Shown here: piece by piece, positions 9,541 through 17,513 of the stretch
Layout of the letters: the number at the start of each line of letters is the position of its first letter
How positions within the stretch are numbered: the first letter of the stretch is position 1
IMG/VR virus record: IMGVR_UViG_3300008448_000596
Location: 1 to 24,835 of that record
DNA length: 24,835 bases
Source of the DNA: a virus
Lineage: Duplodnaviria; Caudoviricetes
Strand: one strand, 5' to 3'
Notes under the pieces: model-generated
What the model saw: the letters and a program-made list of their open reading frames with translations, nothing else
Told to the model about the DNA's origin: nothing
The model's database searches: none
Position numbers and translations under genes: made by a program

Positions 9541-10674
9541 TCAATACTCCAATTTTATAGTAACTGATAACTCACTTGTAAATGATTTTTTAATTGGTTT
9601 ACTCAATTTTGCAATAGCAAGTAAACTTTGATTTCCATTTATATCCGGACCATAAAGACCAATGGATGTAATATATGTTGTTGGATTGTCTATGAATCTA
9701 CTATTCTTAATTAACCCTTTATCATTACCATCTGAATATGTCCATGTTGGATTACTGGAGTAATTACATGAAAAATTATTTATTCTACAATAATAATACG
9801 AACAATGTTTAACATCAATAGCTCTAGCAGTAAAACCATACTCACCAACTGATGCTGCACCACTAATTGCAGTAAATAATTTGTAAGAATTATCACCATC
9901 AATGTTACTACCAGTTACAGTATTAAATGATGAAGAATGATTTAGTGCCTTAGCGGATATTAAAATTATACCCTGACTTGGATATACTTTACCATAGTAA
10001 TGTCTGTTTGCATTTGAATAAATTCCATTTTGTAAACTACCACTAACTAAATTTCTTACATAAGAAGTTTGAGAAACATTTTCTATCAAGTCGGAAGAAT
10101 CACCAGAATCATCTATCAATGTTATTAGTCCACCACCAGATTTTACTTGAACATTACTGCCAGTATGGACATTATTTGCCTTACCACTTCCAGAAAGTTC
10201 TGCGAAATTTATTTCAAAATTTCCTGGATCCATTTTATCACCAAATTTATCTCTGTTTATGTTTATTACATAAAAATCTTCAAGAGGATCTGTTGATCCT
10301 GATAGATAAAATCCATGTTCATCACCATCTAAACATATCAATTTATATTGAGAATAAACTGCTCTTGATGGTGTGTCATTTGCCTCACCACCTTCATTCA
10401 TTGATCCAGAACCACTAACATGACCATATGTTACCGAGAACATACGCTCTTCTTCACAAGAAAGAGAAGCAGAGCCCCAAACTTCATAATAGTAATCTTG
10501 TGAAGCAGATGTTTGTGTAGAACTTGTAAAAAATGTAAGCAATTCTCCAGTTCCCGTTGCCCATAAACCTCTTGCTGTTCCAGTTGTTGTTGGTGCAGGT
10601 TGTATAGGTGGAAATTGAATAAAATATGATGGAAAACCTGATCCGTTAAAATATCCTGGTCTTTCTTCTTCCAT
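9541..10674 (-). CDS. Putative virion structural protein, tandem family paralogue 1
   Basis: Same core motifs (FSVTYGHVSGSGS, PSRAVYSQY, MDPGNFEINFAELSGSG, YGKVYP, YITSIGLY...AIAKLSKPIKKS). GAGG ribosome-binding site upstream. Confidence 0.8.
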   Translation of the reverse strand: MEEERPGYFNGSGFPSYFIQFPPIQPAPTTTGTARGLWATGTGELLTFFTSSTQTSASQDYYYEVWGSASLSCEEERMFSVTYGHVSGSGSMNEGGEANDTPSRAVYSQYKLICLDGDEHGFYLSGSTDPLEDFYVININRDKFGDKMDPGNFEINFAELSGSGKANNVHTGSNVQVKSGGGLITLIDDSGDSSDLIENVSQTSYVRNLVSGSLQNGIYSNANRHYYGKVYPSQGIILISAKALNHSSSFNTVTGSNIDGDNSYKLFTAISGAASVGEYGFTARAIDVKHCSYYYCRINNFSCNYSSNPTWTYSDGNDKGLIKNSRFIDNPTTYITSIGLYGPDINGNQSLLAIAKLSKPIKKSFTSELSVTIKLEY

Positions 10675-10711
10675 GTCTAACCTCTATAACTAAATTGTTT
10701 GATAATATGAA

Positions 10712-11404
10712 TTATACGTTATTACTAAATGAAATTGGCACAACAAAACGTGAACCATATCTTGTATTTGTAATAATCATTTTTGTTGATTTTCCATCAA
10801 GAGTTGTTGGCAACCATGAACCATTTATACCAATAACAAAATCAAGTCTTGGAACTACATCACTTGTTGTATTCCATGTTTTTGATTTACCAGACATTGG
10901 AAGTTCTGTAACACCAACGCCACCTGTACTCAATACTGTAAAGTATGTTGTATCTAAAATAGTAAATGTATACCCACCTGGATTTTCTACAATTACATTT
11001 GGACCATTACCGGTACTTGACCACTGTTTCAACTCAAAAGTTAAATTAGGTTTAGACTGTGCAGTAAGATTTCTTCCACCACCTGATTCGGTTAGTGTAA
11101 GAGAACTTGGAGTAGATTCGATATAAGGTATTGATTTTGTTCCTTCGGACAAAGTAATCAATTTATATTTCATTGATTGTGTTTCATCTGGAACTGCTTC
11201 TGTAATTGGTAAATTTTCAATTACAATACCCATCTTGTCATCACCAAGTGGATGACTTTGATTCCACAAATCATAATCAATTTCATCATCAGCAAGAGCA
11301 AATTGTGTAATGTTAAAAGAAGATGCTCCCTTTGCCAAAAGTTCTCTACCTTTTTTTGTAAGAATTGCGTCTACTGTAACTGTTGCGTTATTTAAGTAAC
11401 CCAT
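10712..11404 (-). CDS. Putative baseplate/tail-collar-like structural protein
   Basis: N-terminal VDAILTKKGRELLAKG..FNITQFALADDEIDY resembles the first half of the phage tail-collar fibre domain (DUF3751/PF12571: 'ilT..G...la....it.fa.gDg'). AAGGAG SD at 11412-11417. Follows the gp7-like gene. Confidence 0.6.
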   Translation of the reverse strand: MGYLNNATVTVDAILTKKGRELLAKGASSFNITQFALADDEIDYDLWNQSHPLGDDKMGIVIENLPITEAVPDETQSMKYKLITLSEGTKSIPYIESTPSSLTLTESGGGRNLTAQSKPNLTFELKQWSSTGNGPNVIVENPGGYTFTILDTTYFTVLSTGGVGVTELPMSGKSKTWNTTSDVVPRLDFVIGINGSWLPTTLDGKSTKMIITNTRYGSRFVVPISFSNNV

Positions 11405-11439
11405 GTTAAAACTCCTTGTTAGAAAATTAGTTGTATACT

Positions 11440-11470
11440 ACTATAAATATAATCATTATTCAAAAATACA
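11440..11470 (-). promoter_or_regulatory. Candidate internal (late?) promoter in the largest intergenic gap
   Basis: The 77-bp AT-rich gap 11405-11481 has minus-strand TATATTTATAG (11451-11441) and a TAnnTTTG match (TATTTTTG, 11468-11461) without a well-spaced TTG. Such motifs can arise by chance at this AT content. Confidence 0.3.
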
Positions 11471-11481
11471 AAATTATTTTA

Positions 11482-14400
11482 TTATTGTCTTTTTCTACGA
11501 ACTTGTTGTAACCACTCTGGTAATACATCAAATGGAAGAATCAAAAGTATGACAGCACTTGGATCATTGTTCACATCTAAATATGTATAGTTTGGTGTAT
11601 ACATTGGATATGATATTTTATTAGTAACGTCACCACCTGGTAATTTACACCCTTCAAATCGTATATTTCTGACGGATTTTGTGTAATTGTTCATATTCAT
11701 TTGACTTGATGTTACATATTGATATGAAGCATAGTTAGAACTGTCTGAATTTAACGATGATGAATAGTAAAAATAATACGATTTGTAAAAATTATCGTGT
11801 CTATTTTTATCAATCATTGTATAAACTGCAGTTTTTTTATCATAATGATTGGATGCGGTATACCAAGTTTTAGTAGCACCAACGGAACTACCATGTATGT
11901 AGTTATTACGGTCAAATGAATTTGTAAATCCTAAATCTAAACTTCCATATACATCAAGTATTGTGTTATTTTTACCAATTACTTTTCTTATATTTTTAAT
12001 GTTTAATACAAAATCATAGTTGTTATTGATAATTCCTGAAAAGTCTTTTATTTTTGAATCTAGCAATCCAAACTTATCAACAACATTACCAATTATTTCT
12101 CTCGGTCTAGAATAAATACTTGATGTTGTTGCAGAAGCAACCCCAATAAATGTTGTATTTATATTTATATCATCTTCATAATTTTGTGTATCGGATTCTA
12201 TTGTTGTTTCAACATCAAACTCACCTTGAACATTTGTAAATTCACTTGCAATATCTTCATCAAATCCAATAAAAACTGTTGTTGTTTTTGAAGAATTTAT
12301 ATTTCCAGTAATAACTGCTGATGCAGAAATTTCAGTTGTATCTCTAACAAATTTTTCAGGTGGAAGTCCACCAAAATCTCTTGATGTTTTTACTTTAGAT
12401 CTTTCAAGTATATTTGGTTCAATAACAACACCAAGTATTTCATTTGTTCTTAATGGTAAAGTTTGACGAATTTGATCAAATACACTAAAATCAAAAAGTG
12501 AAACTAATCGAAGATATGCGGTAAAGTCATTTCTTGTTGTATATTTTTTCCAATACTCTCTTGCGAATTTTTTTAATGCAGGGTATTCATCTTTTTTTGT
12601 ATTTGAGTATTCTCCCAAATAATCATCAAGTTGGGTATTTCCTATTGCCTCGTATATGTCTTCATTTATTACGTGTTGTGGTGAAAATGCAACCATTAAC
12701 TTATTTGAATCTATTGAAAATTTATCAAATGCAGTAATAACCGAAGATTCATCTTTTAACAATGCACCTTGTAATGATGCAGAATCTATTCTAATTTTTT
12801 CTGTAAATGGTGTGTTATTTCCAATAGTTGCAACTTCCATATTGTAAACTTCAACCGTAGACTCAAATGAATCTCTTGTAAATTGATTGAAATATGCATT
12901 TTTTGAAGAAGTGGAAAAAGTAGACTTTGTTTGATCTGGATGCATACTTTTTATACTGGATGTATACTCAGCATTAAAAGGTTGCCAAAACTTCCATTGT
13001 GCCTGTAGATCATAGAATGATGATGTTGGTGTATTACCATTGTAAGCACGTGCAGATAAAACATGATTATCAAATGAAGATGTAATTAACTGTTTTGCCC
13101 AATATCTTAATTCAAATATGGAACCGGACAATAAATAATTTGTTTGTGGGTTTGAACCAGAACCTATAAACAAATATCCATCAGAAGACCAACCTCTATT
13201 GTAATCAGATTCAGTTGATCCATTTATACTTATACTTGCACTTCTATCAACTGCTATTTTTCCATACTTTGAAGTTTTTAATATAAAATCATAAGTTTGA
13301 TTTACTGATGTATTATCCGATGATGTGTTTCTACGAATCATTATGTTCAATGGAATATCATCATAAAGATATTCGTCTTTAATTGATGCAGACTTGTAGT
13401 TTGTTCCATCGCCCAAATAAAATGTTAAATCTCCTTTTTCAGCAGAACCAGTTCTGTTAATTGTAACAAACCAATCACGTCTATTTCCCGCGGTTTCTTT
13501 TTGTAATACTGTTTGTATTTTATTATTTGCATAGTCATAGTATTCAGATGCATTCATCTTCCAACGAAATGTAATTGTATCTGGATATTGCCAATTATTA
13601 TTTTCATTATTTATCGTTTCCCACGGAACACGAACATAACTTGATGTAGCAGGTTGTTGTAAACTTCCAACAAAGTTCAAATAATATGTATGTTTTTCCC
13701 ATTCAGCTCTTGGAATAACACCTAAATCTGCATTGTCAGGTCCGCCAAATTCTCTTATAGATAAAAGTGTTTGTGGAATACCGTATGTTGCAAGTAGTGC
13801 CTTTACTCCTCTAGCAGTTCCTTTTGATTTGTAAATATATGGGAGATTGTTTAATACTCTCCTCCATACTTCTTTCGTTCTTTCTTCTTCACTTTTTGAA
13901 TAGTTTTTACCAACCGTTGTTTTACCAGTCCAGAGTGGTTCACCGCTCCCACTCAACCCAAGTGCATATTCCCAAAGATCTTTTGTTTTTGTTCCACTTG
14001 ATAATGTCCATCCTAAATTTCTTGTTGCTTCATATATCAAATCTTGGGATAACCCGTCTTTTGGGTGTTCTTCTCTTAAATTCTTTTTTAATATATGGTC
14101 TGTGTAGAAATACAATATGTCAAAATGCTGACCTATCATATTAACAAATGTTAGTATCTGCTCATTATCAGGATTTTCATAGATGTGAGTTGGTAAGGAT
14201 TTTACAAGTGCAGAATCATTAACCATATCATAGTCGGTTGCCAAATCAAGTATATTATTATACCAAGTTTGAACTTCATCACTTCCGGATGCATATAAAT
14301 TAAATTTACCTTGTTTGGTAATTAAATTGTAAGAACTTCCAGTAACTTCATATTTTGGAAATGGTTGAATTGATGCAGTTAGTTCTGATGTATACCTCAA

Positions 14401-15516
14401 ACTTGCAGAAGTTTCGTAGTATAACCATTTTTCAAAATTATCAAAACCAGAAACAACCTTATCTCTCAACATTTTTACTCTTGTTTTGTTACTTTCAAGA
14501 GAACCGGTGTATACTTCTAAATTACTTAATTCTTCATTGTATGTTTGTATTAAGCGTATTTTATAGTAAAAATTTTCAATTCTTTCTTCAGCAGATGAAT
14601 AGAATACAAAGTTATCGAATGATGTATAATCAAAATTCAATTCTACACTTGATCCAGAAACATTTACATACTTATCCAAAATTTGTTGGGATGTTTGTAA
14701 ATTTGTTGATAACAAATCATTCCAATTTTTATATTCAGTTGTTCCAGTAATAAATCTATCATACTCTACTTCAAAATTTGGACCTTTAATAAATTTTGGT
14801 TGTAGTTTTTCAAATTCTTTTTCCACTTGAACATTGTCCAAGTAAGGTTTCATTATTTGACTTGCAACCCAACATTGATAATATAAATCAACATCAAATG
14901 GTAAAGGTTCTGCCAATCTAACATAAAAATATGAAGGATCACCGTCAGACGTTACATTGACAACATCTACTAAATTATTTTCACCAAAATTTATTACAAT
15001 AGGAAGTTTGTATTTAGAACCCCTCATATATTCAATTACAAAATCATGTAATTCTATTATAGAGTTAGAATCTGTTGGGTTTGTCAATGTTAGTCGAAGT
15101 TCTTTTCTGTCACTTGATATATCTGAAACAAACAATCTATTTTCGGTATTATTTCCACCAATAAGATTTCTTAAAAAATTGTAAACAACCCTATATGGTC
15201 CCGGAACTAAATTTAATTGAGCTATGTGATCATGTATTGGTAAAATTACGTATCGTATTGGTTCACCAAGTTCATTTACTCTTGGATCTATATTATAGTT
15301 AGCAAGATATAATGTATTTACATAAGCAGCATTTGGCAAAAATACATGAAATTCTACATTTGTTCCAGGAGATGAAGGATCTTCAGGGTTATTCAATCTA
15401 GAAAATTTAGGAACAACAATTTTACTGTTCAGATTTGAATAGATAAATCTATTGCCTCTAATTGGATTATTAGTGGCAAGAATATCAGAAAGGTTTTTGT
15501 ATAAAAAATTTGGCAT
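11482..15516 (-). CDS. Large baseplate wedge protein (T4 gp7/P2 gpI-like) with LamG-like insertion
   Basis: RRVLNNLPYIYKSKGTARGVKALLATYGIP is the 'YK.KGT..g' motif of gp7/gpI-type wedge proteins (about 13780-13865). FVNMIGQHFD precedes it. LamG-like segment TITFRWK...LFIGSG...SGSIFELRYW. Downstream of the gp25- and gp6-like genes. Confidence 0.7.
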   Translation of the reverse strand: MPNFLYKNLSDILATNNPIRGNRFIYSNLNSKIVVPKFSRLNNPEDPSSPGTNVEFHVFLPNAAYVNTLYLANYNIDPRVNELGEPIRYVILPIHDHIAQLNLVPGPYRVVYNFLRNLIGGNNTENRLFVSDISSDRKELRLTLTNPTDSNSIIELHDFVIEYMRGSKYKLPIVINFGENNLVDVVNVTSDGDPSYFYVRLAEPLPFDVDLYYQCWVASQIMKPYLDNVQVEKEFEKLQPKFIKGPNFEVEYDRFITGTTEYKNWNDLLSTNLQTSQQILDKYVNVSGSSVELNFDYTSFDNFVFYSSAEERIENFYYKIRLIQTYNEELSNLEVYTGSLESNKTRVKMLRDKVVSGFDNFEKWLYYETSASLRYTSELTASIQPFPKYEVTGSSYNLITKQGKFNLYASGSDEVQTWYNNILDLATDYDMVNDSALVKSLPTHIYENPDNEQILTFVNMIGQHFDILYFYTDHILKKNLREEHPKDGLSQDLIYEATRNLGWTLSSGTKTKDLWEYALGLSGSGEPLWTGKTTVGKNYSKSEEERTKEVWRRVLNNLPYIYKSKGTARGVKALLATYGIPQTLLSIREFGGPDNADLGVIPRAEWEKHTYYLNFVGSLQQPATSSYVRVPWETINNENNNWQYPDTITFRWKMNASEYYDYANNKIQTVLQKETAGNRRDWFVTINRTGSAEKGDLTFYLGDGTNYKSASIKDEYLYDDIPLNIMIRRNTSSDNTSVNQTYDFILKTSKYGKIAVDRSASISINGSTESDYNRGWSSDGYLFIGSGSNPQTNYLLSGSIFELRYWAKQLITSSFDNHVLSARAYNGNTPTSSFYDLQAQWKFWQPFNAEYTSSIKSMHPDQTKSTFSTSSKNAYFNQFTRDSFESTVEVYNMEVATIGNNTPFTEKIRIDSASLQGALLKDESSVITAFDKFSIDSNKLMVAFSPQHVINEDIYEAIGNTQLDDYLGEYSNTKKDEYPALKKFAREYWKKYTTRNDFTAYLRLVSLFDFSVFDQIRQTLPLRTNEILGVVIEPNILERSKVKTSRDFGGLPPEKFVRDTTEISASAVITGNINSSKTTTVFIGFDEDIASEFTNVQGEFDVETTIESDTQNYEDDININTTFIGVASATTSSIYSRPREIIGNVVDKFGLLDSKIKDFSGIINNNYDFVLNIKNIRKVIGKNNTILDVYGSLDLGFTNSFDRNNYIHGSSVGATKTWYTASNHYDKKTAVYTMIDKNRHDNFYKSYYFYYSSSLNSDSSNYASYQYVTSSQMNMNNYTKSVRNIRFEGCKLPGGDVTNKISYPMYTPNYTYLDVNNDPSAVILLILPFDVLPEWLQQVRRKRQ

Positions 15517-15543
15517 ATAAAACTATCACTTATTTAAGGGTTA

Positions 15544-16341
15544 TTAACCTTCACCCGAAACACCGGATGTTCCAGATGTTCCGGCGGTTCCGGCGGTTCC
15601 AAAATAATCATTTTTTATTAAATCAGACATTCTACTTAAACCAAATTGATTTTCTGAAACAAAATCTGATTTGAAATTCTTCAATGAATCAACATCTTTT
15701 GCCAATGAATCAAGTGTTTCACTTGTTCTTTCAGCCATTGCATTAAGTATATTTTCTGTTCTTATCTTATCAGTTTCTATTCTAGTTGTCAAATCTGTAA
15801 GTATTTGTTCTTGTTGTGCTGACAATTCTGTATTCATTCTTTCCATTGCATCTGCACGAATTGATTGGTTTTCATATTGGTCTGCCCAAATATCAATTCT
15901 TTGTTGCCATCTTATTTCATTTGTAGCCCAATCAGCCAATTCATTATTTTGTCTTTCAACTAAATCTTCAAGATCTCTTATTTTTTTGTTAAGACTTTCT
16001 ATTGAATTTGGATTATTTTCTGCAATGTTTTGTAGATTTTGTAACAATTCATTTTTTGCAATACTTTGTATGTTCTCCATATCAGAAGGACTTAAATTTC
16101 CAATAGGAACACCTCGTAACAAACCTGTTTGTATCGTTTCAATTTGATTAAAAACATTTTTTTCTGCATCAGCTGCTTCTTTTAATGAAGAAAATTTTGT
16201 TTTAACTATAAAATCAAAATCATTTGCTAAAAATCTTTCATCAACAACTGGTAGTTCAATTCTTCCTTTGTTTTCCGAAGACCTTTCATCCAAATAACTT
16301 ATTATTCTATTTGAAATACTATCTCTTAAAAGTTCATTCAT
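15544..16341 (-). CDS. Hypothetical coiled-coil protein with short C-terminal Gly-X-Y tail
   Basis: Heptad-like E/Q/N/L-rich segment (IESLNKKIRDLEDLVERQNNEL...), ends GTAGTAGTSGTSGVSGEG. ATGA overlap with the upstream gene. Confidence 0.8.
   Translation of the reverse strand: MNELLRDSISNRIISYLDERSSENKGRIELPVVDERFLANDFDFIVKTKFSSLKEAADAEKNVFNQIETIQTGLLRGVPIGNLSPSDMENIQSIAKNELLQNLQNIAENNPNSIESLNKKIRDLEDLVERQNNELADWATNEIRWQQRIDIWADQYENQSIRADAMERMNTELSAQQEQILTDLTTRIETDKIRTENILNAMAERTSETLDSLAKDVDSLKNFKSDFVSENQFGLSRMSDLIKNDYFGTAGTAGTSGTSGVSGEG
15554..15600. repeat. GC-rich imperfect 9-bp tandem repeat encoding Gly-Thr-Ala/Ser
   Basis: Units cccgaaaca, ccggatgtt, ccagatgtt, ccggcggtt, ccggcggtt on the plus strand. 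Confidence 0.8.
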
Positions 16342-17513
16342 CGAGTAACCTTAAAGTAATGATTATTGTCAAAAATTTGAACGTTATCCCCACCATCTCT
16401 TTCAACTTTAATTACAACTCTATAAAATCTTTCTGGTTGAAATGAATCCATCCAAAGATTAAAGTAACTGCTTGTTCCATCACAACTAATTTTTGTTCCA
16501 TTTTCATCAAATGGAAGTATTACTTCATCACTATGTGCATCACGTATTTCGTAATATGATGATGACGGTAAATAATGATTTACAGTTTGATATGCAGTTG
16601 TTGTATAATTTTTTTCTGGATATCGGGAATATGCATATATTTTAATTTTTGCTCTTTCTTTTTCAGCATAAAATTTTTTAAGTTTAACATTTATATTCAA
16701 ATTATCTTCTGATGCAGGTGATAAACTTCCTGTAATAAATTCGGAATCATCCCATACAATGTTCAATCTTGGAACATATATTGTATTACTATCAGTTCCA
16801 AAAAATTTCAAACTGTTTATGAGATTATCTGGCGAACTTTCTATTTCATTACTAAATTTTAGAATCATTCCATCATTTTCAAACCTTCCAGATCCAGTTA
16901 CCCATCTTCTAGCGATATTAGTAACATCCATATAAATATCTGTTGATTGGAATGAAAATGATTGTGTACATTCTAAATTATCGTAATCCCACCATGTTCC
17001 ACCACCTTCATGTGTAAAATATGAAGATGTAACATTTGCAGAAAGATTCACGCCAAACAATATATTAGCATCAACCCATGTCTGTGATAAACTATCCCAT
17101 TCATAATTTGAAATAGTTGGTGGAATATCCCATTCGGTTGCAACTCTTTTTGATGTTCTATAACGCCAGGAGACACCATCAGTTGTATATGGTAAGTTTG
17201 TAAATTTACCAGTTCCGTTTGTCCAAGAAGAACTCAAAGGATATGCATATACAACATATTCTTGTGGAATTTCTCTTATATCGGCAGTAATAAGAGAAAG
17301 ATAGTATTTTGCATTTTGAGATATTTTACCAGAGTTAATTCTACTTTCAATATCAGACATATCAAATTTCAAAAGTATTCTACTATTGTAAATAGATGAA
17401 CCAGATCCAGGAGTCTCGTGTGATAACTCCAACAAAGGATCTATACCAGTATTCATTGTATACTGTCTTTCGTAAATTGTTGCATCTCTGTTTGCAAAAA
17501 TAGAATATATCAT
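16338..17513 (-). CDS. Virion-associated protein with DNRLRE-like beta-sandwich domain
   Basis: NRDATIYE...NTGIDPLLEL...SRILLKFDMSDI, YPLSSSWTNGTG, MDVTNIARRW, NDGMILK and PRLNIVW resemble the DNRLRE-domain pattern. ATGA-coupled to the gp6-like gene. Confidence 0.55.
   Translation of the reverse strand: MIYSIFANRDATIYERQYTMNTGIDPLLELSHETPGSGSSIYNSRILLKFDMSDIESRINSGKISQNAKYYLSLITADIREIPQEYVVYAYPLSSSWTNGTGKFTNLPYTTDGVSWRYRTSKRVATEWDIPPTISNYEWDSLSQTWVDANILFGVNLSANVTSSYFTHEGGGTWWDYDNLECTQSFSFQSTDIYMDVTNIARRWVTGSGRFENDGMILKFSNEIESSPDNLINSLKFFGTDSNTIYVPRLNIVWDDSEFITGSLSPASEDNLNINVKLKKFYAEKERAKIKIYAYSRYPEKNYTTTAYQTVNHYLPSSSYYEIRDAHSDEVILPFDENGTKISCDGTSSYFNLWMDSFQPERFYRVVIKVERDGGDNVQIFDNNHYFKVTR

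Noticed and set aside
1473-10674. Diversity-generating retroelement or invertible cassette acting on the paralogues
   Set aside because: No reverse transcriptase, no long template/variable repeat pair with adenine-specific mismatches, no recombinase and no inverted cassette in the window.
11442-11449. T4 late promoter TATAAATA
   Set aside because: It is on the plus strand, opposite to all genes, so it cannot act as a canonical T4 late promoter here.
15517-15546. Read-through or frameshift fusing the coiled-coil protein to the gp7-like protein
   Set aside because: Two tandem TAA stops and no evident slippery site; the next gene has its own ATG.
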